This document shows positions 1 to 10,152 of a DNA stretch of 64,000 bases, in pieces. Location of the stretch: contig JAZSAT010000011.1 of the NCBI GenBank assembly GCA_045602025.1, positions 11,173-75,172 of the forward strand. The letters are read 5' to 3'. Made by a program: the position numbers and the translations under genes. Within the stretch, counting starts at the first letter, position 1. Each line of letters begins with the position of its first letter. Origin of the DNA: Eubacteriales bacterium. Lineage in GTDB: Bacteria > Bacillota > Clostridia > Oscillospirales > SIG627. Below the pieces are notes generated by a model, which saw only the letters and a list, made by a program, of their open reading frames with translations, did no database searches and was not told where the DNA came from.

Positions 1-9
1 AAAAAAGAA

Positions 10-1110
10 ATGGAAAAGATTGCTTTGGCACCTCTTGCCACAGAGGAGGATAAAGCCCATTTGGAAGGACTTTACGCAGGCCGAACCGCCTTCTACGGAG
101 ATATTCATTGCCATCCCTTAGCAGGGGTTATGCCCGACGGCAGAAAGACCCTTGCCCAGTGGAAAGAGAAAATGAAAGAGATCGGCATTGATTTTGTCGC
201 CTTTATGAACCACAGACAGATCGCTCATATGTACGAGGAGGAATGGGATGATACCCTCTTTATCGGAGGAACCGAGCCCGCTACCTCTATCAAGGATAGT
301 TCTGCACAGGATAAGAGCCTTCACTTTAATATGTTTTTCCGTGAGCCTACCGATCTGTACGATCTTTTGATGGAGTTCCCTGAGTTCAAATACACCGGCG
401 GACAGGACGGTATTCCCAAAATGGAGGGAAGCTTTTCCTACGTTGGGTTTGATACGGAGCATTTCAAGGAATTGATTGCGGCAGTAAAGGCAAAGGGCGG
501 CTTTTTCGTGAACGTTCACCCCAAACAGCAGATGCAGTCCTTCCGTGCGGAGGATTACTACTTTGCCGATCAGACAGGGCTCGAAGTTTTCTACGGTTAC
601 AAAGGAAATATTGTAGGACAGGATACCAAGGATAACTACAAGCTTTGGACAAAGCTTCTTTCTATGGGAAAGCGAATCTGGGCAACGGCCGGCTCGGACA
701 GCCACGGTGACGCCACCACGGCAGCCTTGACCTGTATCTATTCCGAAAAGCAAAAAGACACGTCTTACCTTTCCTACTTGCGAGAGGGGGATTTTGTTTG
801 CGGATTTGCAGGAATCCGAATGACGGTAGGGGACGCGAAAATGGGATCCTCTACGGATTTTAACGGAAAAAGAGTTGTGATTTCCGTAGATGCCGTTCAT
901 CCCACGATGTGCCAAGAGGGAAGAGAGTATACCATTCTGATCTACGATGGTAAGGGTGAGGTGTATTCTGCTGCCTACGACGGAAAAACAAACGTTACCT
1001 TTGCTTTTGATGCAGACGAGAATACGGATTTTTATCGCGTAGAGGTTCGGGACGAAAAGAAGACTGCACAGCCTATTATTGCCATCGGCAATCCCATCTG
1101 GAACGATTAA
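10..1110 (+). CDS. PHP-fold (CehA/McbA-like) metallohydrolase; frame is open from base 1, so may be the C-terminal part of a longer gene
   Basis: YGDIHCHP, MNH, VHP and GSDSHG motifs typical of PHP-family hydrolases; ends NPIW. Confidence 0.65.
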   Translation: MEKIALAPLATEEDKAHLEGLYAGRTAFYGDIHCHPLAGVMPDGRKTLAQWKEKMKEIGIDFVAFMNHRQIAHMYEEEWDDTLFIGGTEPATSIKDSSAQDKSLHFNMFFREPTDLYDLLMEFPEFKYTGGQDGIPKMEGSFSYVGFDTEHFKELIAAVKAKGGFFVNVHPKQQMQSFRAEDYYFADQTGLEVFYGYKGNIVGQDTKDNYKLWTKLLSMGKRIWATAGSDSHGDATTAALTCIYSEKQKDTSYLSYLREGDFVCGFAGIRMTVGDAKMGSSTDFNGKRVVISVDAVHPTMCQEGREYTILIYDGKGEVYSAAYDGKTNVTFAFDADENTDFYRVEVRDEKKTAQPIIAIGNPIWND

Positions 1111-1141
1111 AAAAAGCCGCACAAATCGTGCGGCTTTTTTC
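1110..1141. terminator. Bidirectional intrinsic terminator
   Basis: AAAAAAGCCGCAC-aaatc-GTGCGGCTTTTTT between convergent reading frames. Confidence 0.85.
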
Positions 1142-1548
1142 TTATTTTTTGTGGAGGAGGACGTAGTCCATCAGACCGTTCCAGTCCTCGCGGCTGAAGT
1201 AGTGGGTGCCGGGGCGGATCTGGTAGGCAAGATCGCCTTCGTGGAATCTTTCGTTATCGCCCGTGAGGCGGTCGGGGTTTTTCAGGCCCAACTCTTTCCA
1301 AGCGGGGGATGCGGCAACACAGGATAAATACTCGTTTCCGGGGTCTGCCCAGGCATCCTCCGAGCCACTTCCTATCAGTATGTTGCGAGGAGCGATGGAT
1401 GCGATGAGATAGTGCTGATCGAAAGGCAATTTTTCTTCGTTATTTCTGTATTTCCAGTAGTTTTCGCAGAACCAGTAGTCAAATCTTCTGCAAATATCGT
1501 CGATGGATTCGCCTTTGTTTCCTCTTGCAAGGCTTGCGCCGGCACAGC
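1142..1548 (-). pseudogene. 5'-truncated copy of the 3' end of the CE15-like esterase gene at 7929-8960
   Basis: Reads CAGASLARGNKGESIDDICRRFDYWFCENY...HYFSREDWNGLMDYVLLHKK, near-identical to the protein from 7929-8332; in-frame stop just upstream; lacks the GHSRLGK catalytic motif. Confidence 0.85.
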
Positions 1549-1734
1549 TGCCCCGATTTCATTGCTAAACTGCAAATTGTCTTAAAAGAATGCTACGAAA
1601 CGGAATACTGGATCGAGATTGCCCAAAAAGCAGATCTCATTACGGAAAATGCCGCAAAGTCTGTTCTCCACGATTGCGGCTCCATCCGCAGAATGCTCAT
1701 CTCCTCCATCACCACCGCCAAAGAGAATATATAA
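1543..1734 (+). pseudogene. 5'-truncated four-helix-bundle protein (TIGR02436 / 23S-IVP-like) fragment
   Basis: HSCPDFIAKLQIVLKECYETEYW...CGSIRRMLISSITTAKENI aligns by eye with the C-terminal half of 34199-34552; the N-terminal half (SVGANIHEA) is absent. Confidence 0.75.
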
Positions 1735-1740
1735 TAACTG

Positions 1741-1775
1741 AAACTCCCGAAGCTATATGCCTCGGGAGTTTTTCT
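1741..1775 (+). terminator. Intrinsic terminator
   Basis: AAACTCCCGA...TCGGGAGTTT stem followed by a T-run. Confidence 0.7.
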
Positions 1776-1953
1776 TTTTTTATGATATTTGTCTTTAAAC
1801 AGGACTAAGGTTTCTTCTCTGCGTATTGTGTCAGTTTACTTCTTTATATTTACCGTGCAAGATTAAAGGTGCGTTGTAATCGATCCAAAGCTTTCGTTTC
1901 AATCAGGCAGAAAAGTATTCTGCTGATCATTGTACGGCGTTTTATATTCTTAT

Positions 1954-3258
1954 TTACAGGATATCAATATATTCTCCGTTGAGAGCCTTGTTCATACTTC
2001 TGACTGCGCAGAATTTACCGCACATAGAGCAGGTATCATCGTGTTCGGGTTTTCGTTCATCGCGGATGCGTTTTGCCGTTTCGGGATCCAGTGCACACGC
2101 CCACTGCTTTTCCCAATCAAGCTCGCGGCGGGCATCTGCCATGCGGTCGTCAATATCTCTTGCGTGAGGGATCTTTTTTGCGATATCTGCGGCGTGGGCG
2201 GCGATCTTGGATGCAATAATACCTTGCTTTACATCTCCCACATCCGGAAGAGCCAGGTGCTCGGCAGGGGTAACATAACAAAGGAAGGCCGCGCCGCTTG
2301 CTGCGGCAATCGCACCGCCGATGGCTGAGGTAATGTGGTCATAGCCGGGAGCAATATCGGTAACGATGGGGCCGAGTACATAGAAGGGTGCACCCATACA
2401 AATGGTCTGCTGTATTTTCATATTGGCTTCGATCTGATCCATGGGCATATGTCCGGGACCTTCCACCATGACCTGAACATCCTTCTCCCAGGCACGCTTT
2501 GTAAGCTCACCCAGGCGCACAAGCTCCTCGATCTGGCATACATCACTACCGTCGGCAAGACAGCCGGGGCGGCAGGCATCCCCGAGAGAAATGGTCACAT
2601 CGTACTCGCGACAGATATCAAGGATTTCATCATAATATTCATAGAAGGGATTCTCCTCTCCCGTCATACACATCCAGGCAAATACAAGAGAGCCTCCGCG
2701 GGAAACAATGTTCATTTTTCTTTTGTGCTTGCGGATCTGCTCAATGGTCTTGCGGGTAATGCCGCAATGGAGTGTTACGAAATCCACACCGTCTTCAGCG
2801 TGAAGCCTTACTACATCAATGAAGTCCTTTGCGGTAAGGGTTGCAAGGTCTCTTTGATAGTGGATAACGCTATCGTATACGGGAACCGTACCGATCATCG
2901 CGGGGCATTCGCTTGTAAGTTTTTGGCGGAAGGGGCGGGTATTTCCGTGGGAGGAAAGATCCATAATGGCTTCCGCACCCATATTAACGGCCGCCATTAC
3001 CTTTTCCATTTCGATATTATAGTCCTTGCAATCGCGGGAAACGCCAAGGTTCACATTGATCTTGGTGCGCAGCATCGAGCCGATGCCGTTGGGATCAATG
3101 CAGGCATGTAATTTGTTCGCGCAAATAGCAACCTGCCCCTTGGCAACAAGGCTGCGGATCTCTTCTTCGCTTCTGTATTCCTTGGTTGCAACAGCCTTCA
3201 TTTCGGGAGTGATGATGCCTTTTTTTGCGGCGTCCATTTGTGTTGTATAATTTCTCAT
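1954..3258 (-). CDS. thiC: Phosphomethylpyrimidine synthase
   Basis: KINVNLG, MDLS, IGTVPVY, EGPGH, APGYDH and C-terminal CSMCGKFC motifs. Confidence 0.97.
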   Translation of the reverse strand: MRNYTTQMDAAKKGIITPEMKAVATKEYRSEEEIRSLVAKGQVAICANKLHACIDPNGIGSMLRTKINVNLGVSRDCKDYNIEMEKVMAAVNMGAEAIMDLSSHGNTRPFRQKLTSECPAMIGTVPVYDSVIHYQRDLATLTAKDFIDVVRLHAEDGVDFVTLHCGITRKTIEQIRKHKRKMNIVSRGGSLVFAWMCMTGEENPFYEYYDEILDICREYDVTISLGDACRPGCLADGSDVCQIEELVRLGELTKRAWEKDVQVMVEGPGHMPMDQIEANMKIQQTICMGAPFYVLGPIVTDIAPGYDHITSAIGGAIAAASGAAFLCYVTPAEHLALPDVGDVKQGIIASKIAAHAADIAKKIPHARDIDDRMADARRELDWEKQWACALDPETAKRIRDERKPEHDDTCSMCGKFCAVRSMNKALNGEYIDIL

Positions 3259-3281
3259 TATTTTTTCCTTTCGAGCAATAT

Positions 3282-4085
3282 CTATTTCGAAAACCGACCG
3301 TGAAGATCAAAGGCGTGGTTCATAGGGCCGGAGCCTTTTCCCAGATCAAGCATTGATGAAAGTGCGCCTGATATGTAGTCCTTTGCCCTTTTTATGGACT
3401 TGGTAAGAGTAAATCCCTTGGCAAGATTAGAGGCGATCGCACTGGAGAGCGTGCATCCGGTTCCGTGAGTGTTTGGATTTTGGATACGCTTACCCTCAAA
3501 CCAAACAAATTCACTGTTTGCATAGAGCAAATCATTTGCATTGCTTACGCTGTGACCGCCTTTGAGAAGAACTGCACAGCCGTAGGTATCGCCGATGAAT
3601 TTTGCGGCAGAGAGCATGTCTTCCCTGCTTTCGATCATCTTTCCGGAAAGGATCTGTGCTTCGGGGATGTTCGGTGTAACGAGAATTGCGATGGGTAAAA
3701 GCTTCTCTGCTAAGGTCTGCACTGCATCGTTTTTCATCAAAGAGGAGCCGCTGGTTGCCACCATAACGGGAACTACTACCACATTTTTTGCCTGATGATA
3801 GCGGAGCCTGTCTGCGATCACACAAATCAGCTCCGAAGAAGCTACCATACCGATCTTTACGGCATCGGGGTAAATATCCTCGAACACCGCATCTAATTGC
3901 TGTTTTAAAAATTCAGGTGTTACCTCCTGAATTGCTCTGACGCCGGTGGTGTTCTGTGCCGTGAGGGCTGTGATCGCACTCATAGCGTAAACACCGTTCA
4001 TCGTCATTGTTTTCAGATCTGCCTGAATACCGGCGCCTCCGCTGCAGTCGCTTCCTGCAATGGTCAATGCTGTTTTCATTTTCAT
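3282..4085 (-). CDS. thiD: Hydroxymethylpyrimidine/phosphomethylpyrimidine kinase
   Basis: [31 protein letters not shown]; ATG at 4085 follows an AAAGGAG RBS. Confidence 0.95.
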   Translation of the reverse strand: MKMKTALTIAGSDCSGGAGIQADLKTMTMNGVYAMSAITALTAQNTTGVRAIQEVTPEFLKQQLDAVFEDIYPDAVKIGMVASSELICVIADRLRYHQAKNVVVVPVMVATSGSSLMKNDAVQTLAEKLLPIAILVTPNIPEAQILSGKMIESREDMLSAAKFIGDTYGCAVLLKGGHSVSNANDLLYANSEFVWFEGKRIQNPNTHGTGCTLSSAIASNLAKGFTLTKSIKRAKDYISGALSSMLDLGKGSGPMNHAFDLHGRFSK

Positions 4086-4163
4086 AAAATACTCCTTTCG
4101 TTTTTCAGCATCGTTTTGTATAGCGGCATAAGGTGGTGCCCCCAATCTGCCGCTGTTTCTTAT

Positions 4164-4799
4164 TTAAAGAGAGAATAGCTTTTTCGCCGTGGCTTTTAGT
4201 TCCTCGGCTGCTGCCTTGGGATCAGATGCTTTCATAATGGCGGATACCACACAAATTCCTGCAATGGGAATACCTGTAAGAATGTCAAGATTCTCTTTAT
4301 TCAGACCTCCGATGGCATTTGCGGGAATCGGTACGGCATTGCAGATATCCCGAAGGGTATCGGTAGAAGTCAGAACCGTCTTGACCTTGGTCGTGGTGGG
4401 ATAGATGGCACCCACACCAAGATAGTCAGCCCCCTCTTCATAGGCTTTTTTTGCCCAAGGAACCGTTTTCGCTGTAGCTCCTATGATCTTCTCTTCGCCC
4501 ATCAGGCGTCTTGCGGTCCGGATAGGCATATCTTCCGCTCCCACATGTACTCCTTCTGCATCGATCGCAAGCGCAACATCCACACGGTCGTCGATGATCA
4601 GCGGCACATTGTAACGCTTCGCGATTGCGTGCACTTTTTCTGCAAGCCGGATATATTCCCGTGTACTCTTATTCTTCTCGCGAAGCTGAAGAAGGGTTGC
4701 ACCGCCTTTGAGGGCTTCTTCTACACGATAGAGGAATTCTTCCTCGGTGTAATTTGTACTGTCGGTGATAAAATATAAACTCGGATCAAACTTTTTCAT
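4164..4799 (-). CDS. thiE: Thiamine-phosphate synthase
   Basis: LYFITD, QLREK, GVHVG, DYLGVG.IYPTTTK, AIGG. Confidence 0.95.
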   Translation of the reverse strand: MKKFDPSLYFITDSTNYTEEEFLYRVEEALKGGATLLQLREKNKSTREYIRLAEKVHAIAKRYNVPLIIDDRVDVALAIDAEGVHVGAEDMPIRTARRLMGEEKIIGATAKTVPWAKKAYEEGADYLGVGAIYPTTTKVKTVLTSTDTLRDICNAVPIPANAIGGLNKENLDILTGIPIAGICVVSAIMKASDPKAAAEELKATAKKLFSL

Positions 4800-4809
4800 T
4801 TTCTTTCCC

Positions 4810-6063
4810 TCATACATATAGATAATCGTTTAGGACAGGCTGTAAGCCTTCGCGGGCGATGTCCTTATACATCTTGTCAAGACTGCGGTCATCGTCGATT
4901 TCAAACTGTTCATCGCCCCCAACTTCATCGGAGTCTTTGCCTGTATATTTGCTTTCGTGGTCGCCGATGCCGGTAGAAACACCTGCAGAGACCTTGGTTG
5001 CCGCAATCTTCACAATACCGTTGCGGAATTCGGCACTCTCCCGGGAGGAGACCGTGATGCCTACATAGGGCAAGAAAATGCGGTATGCACAAAGTACCTG
5101 ACAAAGCTCGGTTTCGTGAACATCCAAAGGGCTCAACTTATCGTTGTTGATGATCGGTCTGAGCCTCGGGCAGGAAAGGGACATTTCCGCGTGAGGGTAT
5201 TTTCTTTGCAGGTAATAAACATGAAGCGCACTTGCCAAGGCGTCTTTGCGAAAGTCAGAAAGACCCAGAAGTGCCGAGAATGCAACCCCGCGCATACCGC
5301 CCCGAAGCGCTCTTTCCTGCGCATCAAAGCGGTACGGCCACACACGCTTATGACCAAGCAGATGAAGCTTTTCGTATTTATCGGTGTCGTAGGTTTCCTG
5401 GAATACGGTTACATAGTCCGCGCCGCATTCGTGAAGATACTTGTATTCATCGGTATTGACGGGATAGATCTCAAGACCGACCATACGGAAATACTTTCTT
5501 GCCAGCTTGCAGGCCTTTCCGATATATTCCACATTGCTCTGACCGCGGCTTTCTCCGGTGAGGATCAAAATTTCTTCCATACCGCTGTCTGATATGACCT
5601 TCATCTCTTTTTCGATCTGCTCCATACTAAGCTTCATCCGCTTAATGTGGTTGTAGCAGTTAAAACCGCAGTACACACAGTAATTCTCACAGTAATTGGC
5701 TATGTAAAGAGGGGTAAATAAATAAACGGTGTTGCCGAAGTGCTTACTTGTTTCAAGGCGTGCACGCTGTGCCATCTGCTCTAAAAAGGGCTTTGCCGCA
5801 GGGGAAAGGAGAGCTTTAAAGTCCTCGATTGTGCAAGTATCGTGCTCTAAGGCCGCCTTTACATCAGCGGCGGTATATTTTGTGGGGTCGTAGGAGTTCA
5901 TCTGTGCCATTACATTTGCCTGGATATCCGATTCGATCACTTCCATTCCCGGAAGATACTCCATATGGCTTTTTCGGGAGGAGGGGTCGGTTTCAAGACG
6001 GTGCTTTTTTGCAAGTGCTTCCGGCGACAAATGCTCTGAATCTACAAAAAACTGATTTTCCAT
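4810..6063 (-). CDS. thiH: 2-iminoacetate synthase (radical SAM)
   Basis: FTPLYIANYCENYCVYCGF CxxxCxxC motif, FQETY, C-terminal EQFEIDDDR; operon context. Confidence 0.93.
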   Translation of the reverse strand: MENQFFVDSEHLSPEALAKKHRLETDPSSRKSHMEYLPGMEVIESDIQANVMAQMNSYDPTKYTAADVKAALEHDTCTIEDFKALLSPAAKPFLEQMAQRARLETSKHFGNTVYLFTPLYIANYCENYCVYCGFNCYNHIKRMKLSMEQIEKEMKVISDSGMEEILILTGESRGQSNVEYIGKACKLARKYFRMVGLEIYPVNTDEYKYLHECGADYVTVFQETYDTDKYEKLHLLGHKRVWPYRFDAQERALRGGMRGVAFSALLGLSDFRKDALASALHVYYLQRKYPHAEMSLSCPRLRPIINNDKLSPLDVHETELCQVLCAYRIFLPYVGITVSSRESAEFRNGIVKIAATKVSAGVSTGIGDHESKYTGKDSDEVGGDEQFEIDDDRSLDKMYKDIAREGLQPVLNDYLYV

Positions 6064-6073
6064 AGCCTTCACC

Positions 6074-6844
6074 TTAATCTCTGAGGAAGCCTGTCAGGGG
6101 ATCGGATGCAGATGCGCCGCGAGTCAATACTCTGCCAAGACCGGAAAGATAGGCCTTGCGACCGGCTTCAATGGCGTTTTTAAAAGCGGAAGCCATCATT
6201 GTCAGGTCCCCTGCGGTGGCAAGAGCGGTATTTGCCATAATTGCGGCGGCACCCATTTCCATTGCTTCGCAGGCCTGGGAAGGTCTGCCGATCCCGGCAT
6301 CCACAATGATAGGAAGATCGATCTCATCAATAAGGATCTGAATAAACTCTTTTGTGGCAAGACCTTTGTTGGAACCGATGGGAGAAGCTAAGGGCATAAC
6401 ACTTGCCGCACCGGCATTTACAAGGTCACGGGCTACATTCAGATCAGGATACATATACGGCATTACCACAAAGCCTTCTTTGGCAAGGATCTCGGTTGCC
6501 TTGATGGTTTCCTGATTGTCGGGAAGCAGATACTTAGAATCACGCATGATCTCGATCTTTACAAAATTTCCGCAGCCGATTTCGCGGGCAAGGCGTGCGA
6601 TGCGGACAGCTTCTTCTGCATTTCTTGCGCCGCTGGTGTTGGGAAGCAAGGTGATCCCTTTGGGGATGTAATCCAGGATACTTTCCTGTTCCTTTGTGTT
6701 TGCACGGCGAAGCGCAAGGGTAATGATCTCAGCCCCTGCATCCTTTACGGCAGCTTCAATCAGTTTCATAGAGTATTTGCCGGAGCCGAGAATAAAGCGG
6801 GAGTTAAATTCGTGTCCGCCAATGATGAGTTTATCGGTTGTCAT
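6074..6844 (-). CDS. thiG: Thiazole synthase
   Basis: [36 protein letters not shown]. Confidence 0.96.
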   Translation of the reverse strand: MTTDKLIIGGHEFNSRFILGSGKYSMKLIEAAVKDAGAEIITLALRRANTKEQESILDYIPKGITLLPNTSGARNAEEAVRIARLAREIGCGNFVKIEIMRDSKYLLPDNQETIKATEILAKEGFVVMPYMYPDLNVARDLVNAGAASVMPLASPIGSNKGLATKEFIQILIDEIDLPIIVDAGIGRPSQACEAMEMGAAAIMANTALATAGDLTMMASAFKNAIEAGRKAYLSGLGRVLTRGASASDPLTGFLRD

Positions 6845-6859
6845 TTTTATTTCCTTCTT

Positions 6860-7498
6860 TCATTCAGTTTCAAATTGTTCTGCTAAAATACGCAAAACTG
6901 TATGTGCCTGATGCGCAGCGCAGAGCATGACTCGGGAAGAGATCAGACTGCCTTCCGATTGCACATCACTTCGTTCGTCTCCGCATAGATAAAAACGGTT
7001 CATAACCTTTCGCGTGCGGACGGTGTTTGCACTGCCAAGCCCTGCCATGCCGGAGGCGGCAACAAGATATTTGTCCGAAAATTCTTCAAGCACAAGATTT
7101 GTCAGCAGTGCCTTTTCTTCCGCACCATCAAAGGCTTCACAGATAATGTCTGCGTTTTTCAGAAGCTTTGCGGCATTTTCCTCGGTAATGCGAACCGTAT
7201 GGGTTTTAATTTCTGTATACGGTGCGATCTCCAAAAGATGATTCCGCAAGGCATCTGTCTTGTTCATACCGATCTGATTTGCTTTGTACTGCTGGCGATG
7301 GAGATTTGTAATATCTACCCGGTCAAAATCAACAAGAATCAGTTTTCCAATACCGGCACGGGCTAAAGCAATTGCAATATTAGAGCCGAGACCGCCAAGA
7401 CCGCAAATGGCAACCGTAGCCGATGAAAATTTCTTTTGCAGCTTTTCTCCGTGTCGCTCATATAAAGCCTTGTTCCATTCTTCTTTTGTGGGGAGCAT
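6860..7498 (-). CDS. thiF: Sulfur carrier protein ThiS adenylyltransferase
   Basis: GLGGLGS, DFDRVDITNLHRQ, EAFD. Confidence 0.92.
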   Translation of the reverse strand: MLPTKEEWNKALYERHGEKLQKKFSSATVAICGLGGLGSNIAIALARAGIGKLILVDFDRVDITNLHRQQYKANQIGMNKTDALRNHLLEIAPYTEIKTHTVRITEENAAKLLKNADIICEAFDGAEEKALLTNLVLEEFSDKYLVAASGMAGLGSANTVRTRKVMNRFYLCGDERSDVQSEGSLISSRVMLCAAHQAHTVLRILAEQFETE

Positions 7499-7693
7499 TT
7501 AGCCACCTCCCACAAAGCTGACAACTTCTATGCTGTCACCGTCTTGAAGTACCGTTTTGCCGTACAGTGCTTTCGGGACAATGTTGCCGTTACACTCTAC
7601 TGCGATCCTTTTGGGATCATAATTTGCAGATGCCAGATATTCCGCAACTGTCTTACCTGCAATATCCAGTTCTTCTCCGTTGATCTTTACCAT
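7499..7693 (-). CDS. thiS: Sulfur carrier protein
   Basis: 64-aa ubiquitin-like protein ending VSFVGGG; GGAGG RBS before ATG 7693. Confidence 0.93.
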   Translation of the reverse strand: MVKINGEELDIAGKTVAEYLASANYDPKRIAVECNGNIVPKALYGKTVLQDGDSIEVVSFVGGG

Positions 7694-7712
7694 AAAATTC
7701 ACCTCCAAAAAC

Positions 7713-7746
7713 AAAAAAAGGAAGTTACCGATTTGGTAACTTCCTT
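7713..7746 (-). terminator. Riboswitch-controlled attenuator terminator
   Basis: AAGGAAGTTACC / GGTAACTTCCTT stem with a T-run on the minus strand, between the TPP aptamer and thiS. Confidence 0.75.
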
Positions 7747-7771
7747 AATAAGCTTCGTTCTTCCCAATATC

Positions 7772-7870
7772 CTTGTATCAGGCATCCCTACGTTGGCATT
7801 ATCCAAATCAGGTTCTCGGTCGAAGGTTACACCTTCCTCTCAGCCTGTTATACAAGCTCCCGTTGATTCA
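7772..7870 (-). promoter_or_regulatory. TPP riboswitch
   Basis: Minus strand GGGAGC...GCTGAGAG...GACC...AACCTGATTTGGATAATGCCAACGTAGGGA fits the THI-box consensus; upstream of the thi operon. Confidence 0.93.
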
Positions 7871-7882
7871 ATTGTTTACTGC

Positions 7883-7911
7883 ATTATACACCGATTGCAA
7901 TGAAAAATCAA
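7883..7911 (-). promoter_or_regulatory. Sigma-A promoter of thi operon
   Basis: TTGATT-17 bp-TATAAT on the minus strand just upstream of the riboswitch. Confidence 0.75.
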
Positions 7912-7928
7912 GTAGCTTTTTCGTTTTT

Positions 7929-8960
7929 TTATTTCCGATGGAGAAGAATGTAGTCCATCAGGCCGTTCCAATCCTCGCGGCTGAAGTAGTGGGTGCCGGG
8001 GCGGATCTGATAGGCAAGGTCTCCCTCGTGGAATCTTTCGTTATCGGTTGTGAGACGGTCGGGATTTTTCAGTCCCTTTTCCCAAGCGGGGGAAGCGGCT
8101 ACGCAGGAAAGATATTCATTTTTCGGGTCGGCCCAAGCATCCTCTGATCCGCTTCCAACCAGTACATTTCGCGGCGCAATGGAAGCAATGAGATAGTGCT
8201 GGTCAAAGGGCAATTTTTCTTCGCCATTTCTGTATTCCCAGTAGTTTTCGCAGAACCAGTAGTCGAATCTTCTGCAAATGTCGTCGATGGATTCGCCCTT
8301 GTTTCCTCTTGCAAGGCTTGCACCGGCGCAGCCGGAGCCGTTGGAATAGCAGAAGGCAAAGCGAGGATCGTTTGCCGCGGTCCAAAGGGCGGTCTTACCG
8401 AGGCGGGAGTGACCGCAAACGGCGGCGTTTTTGATATCGAGCACATGGGAAAGTTCTTTTTCCGCATAGTCCATCAGGCGCATGGCAGTCCACGCCCACA
8501 TGGAAATCTTACCGCAGTCATCTTTTTCTCTTTTTCCATCCTTATAAAGAACGCCCGCAAGACCGTTTGTCAAATCCCCGTCGTCGGAGGTGATGTCCTT
8601 GTAGTTGAAGACGAGAATGGCAAAGCCCCGGTCGACGATCTCCTCAGCAGGCATATGTCTGTCGGGAATTTCGGGACGGAAGTTCGGCATTACAAAGAAG
8701 GGGTGCTTGCCTTCCTTGGTAGGAATAATGGTGTGAAAGGGGAAGGAAAACTCCTGTCCCTTTACGGTGCAAGAGACCGTTACGCGGTTTGTTTTTGCTT
8801 TCCCTGCAAATTTGGGGTGGATGTCTTCTTTTACCTCGTAGCGCACATTTTCAGGCTTGGGAGGCAGAGCACCGAACAGCTTTTTCTCCAGGATCTGAAA
8901 CATTTCTTCTCTTGTTTTCAAGGGGGGGAGCGTCAGGCTCTCAAGTATTTCGTTCAGCAT
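7929..8960 (-). CDS. CE15-like (glucuronoyl esterase-type) alpha/beta hydrolase
   Basis: GHSRLGKTALW nucleophile motif, GSGCAGAS, LPFDQH, IAPR, DAWADP. Confidence 0.8.
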   Translation of the reverse strand: MLNEILESLTLPPLKTREEMFQILEKKLFGALPPKPENVRYEVKEDIHPKFAGKAKTNRVTVSCTVKGQEFSFPFHTIIPTKEGKHPFFVMPNFRPEIPDRHMPAEEIVDRGFAILVFNYKDITSDDGDLTNGLAGVLYKDGKREKDDCGKISMWAWTAMRLMDYAEKELSHVLDIKNAAVCGHSRLGKTALWTAANDPRFAFCYSNGSGCAGASLARGNKGESIDDICRRFDYWFCENYWEYRNGEEKLPFDQHYLIASIAPRNVLVGSGSEDAWADPKNEYLSCVAASPAWEKGLKNPDRLTTDNERFHEGDLAYQIRPGTHYFSREDWNGLMDYILLHRK

Positions 8961-8990
8961 AATGTTCTCCTTATAAAAAGTAAAATACGG

Positions 8991-9437
8991 TTATTTAATT
9001 TTATTCCAAAAGGCATCAAGACCAAGCTTTACATCCTCGTAGGTATCGTCAAAGTTTCCTGTCCACCAGGGGTCGGCAATGTCTCGGTCCAGCCCTGCAT
9101 AGGAGAGAAGAGTCTTTACCTTATGTGCATTATTTCCGATAAAGGGGGCAAGGTTTCGACGGTTATTTTCGTCCATGATGATGAGAAGATCTGCCTCGTC
9201 GCACTCTTTTTTTGTGATCTGCTGTGCGTGTTTTCCCTTGCAGGAAATGCCGAGTCTGTCGAGTACTCTTCTGGTACCGGGATGCACGGGATTGCCGAGC
9301 TCCTCAGTGCTGGTTGCGCGGGACGAAACGGAAAAATCCCGTTCTCTCTTTTCTTTTTTCAGCATATCAAGAAAAAGAAATTCCGCCATGGTACTGCGGC
9401 AGATATTGCCGTGGCAGATAAAAATGATCTTTGTCAT
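8991..9437 (-). CDS. Low-molecular-weight protein-tyrosine phosphatase
   Basis: CHGNICRS P-loop and DIADPWWTG. Confidence 0.92.
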   Translation of the reverse strand: MTKIIFICHGNICRSTMAEFLFLDMLKKEKRERDFSVSSRATSTEELGNPVHPGTRRVLDRLGISCKGKHAQQITKKECDEADLLIIMDENNRRNLAPFIGNNAHKVKTLLSYAGLDRDIADPWWTGNFDDTYEDVKLGLDAFWNKIK

Positions 9438-10078
9438 AAAAGATTGCGGATCCTTTCGTAGAGTTCTTCGGCCGTATCGGCAAAGTATTTGGCACCTGCT
9501 TTTTCAAGGTCCTCTCTGTCACGGAACCCCCAGGTGACGGCAATGGCTGGGATCCCTGCATTGTTTGCCGTAATAATATCCACATCGGAGTCGCCGATGT
9601 AAACGCACGCCTCTTTTGTGCCGCCGATCTCCTCCAACGCGCGGAAGATGCCGTCGGGAGCGGGCTTTCTTGCAACCCCTTCCTTTTCTCCCGCTGCCAC
9701 GGCAAAGGAGGGGAAGAAGGTCTTGCAAAGCTCTACCACCGCTTTGTTGGGCTTGTTGGAAACAACCCCGCACGCATATCCGTCTTTTATAAGACGCTCG
9801 ATCAGAGGGAGAATGCCGGGGTAAGGTGCGCTTTTCACCTGAGAATGGGCCGCGTAATAAGGGCGGAAGATCTCAAGAGCCTTTGGCGCAAGATCCTTCT
9901 TATCTTCGGGAACAACACCCTCAATGAGCTTCTGAATGCCGTTGCCAACGCTTTTGCGCACTTCCTGAAGGGTTTTGGTAGGAAAATTCATTTCCTTCAT
10001 TGCATAGTTTACAGAATCGGCAATGTCCTGCAGGGTGTCCAGCAGGGTGCCGTCAAGATCAAATAAAACCGTTTTCAT
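9434..10078 (-). CDS. HAD-IA hydrolase (phosphoglycolate phosphatase-like)
   Basis: FDLDGTLLDT, VSNK, KPAP, YIGDSDVD. Confidence 0.9.
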   Translation of the reverse strand: MKTVLFDLDGTLLDTLQDIADSVNYAMKEMNFPTKTLQEVRKSVGNGIQKLIEGVVPEDKKDLAPKALEIFRPYYAAHSQVKSAPYPGILPLIERLIKDGYACGVVSNKPNKAVVELCKTFFPSFAVAAGEKEGVARKPAPDGIFRALEEIGGTKEACVYIGDSDVDIITANNAGIPAIAVTWGFRDREDLEKAGAKYFADTAEELYERIRNLL

Positions 10079-10152
10079 AATTGCCTCTTTCTTTTTTCAA
10101 AAGTTTACCATAAAAAGGGGAAAAATGCAATCCTTTCTCTTTTTTCTTTCTT

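Noticed and set aside
1525-1734. Intact 69-aa gene
   Set aside because: The TTG start lies in antisense esterase sequence with no RBS; the product is half a four-helix bundle.
4105-4162. Stem-loop between thiE and thiD (AGCGGCA...TGCCGCT)
   Set aside because: Short stem with a large loop and no recognisable riboswitch motif; cannot support a function.
1142-8332. DGR (Avd-like fragment beside a repeat of a gene 3' end, TR/VR-like)
   Set aside because: Mismatches include many C/T synonymous changes rather than adenine-specific ones, there is a codon indel, and no reverse transcriptase is in the window.
118-9461. Long antisense ORFs (118-1122, 2335-3111, 8196-9461; likewise 16283-17476 and 20226-21134)
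   Set aside because: They lie opposite well-supported genes and show no motifs.
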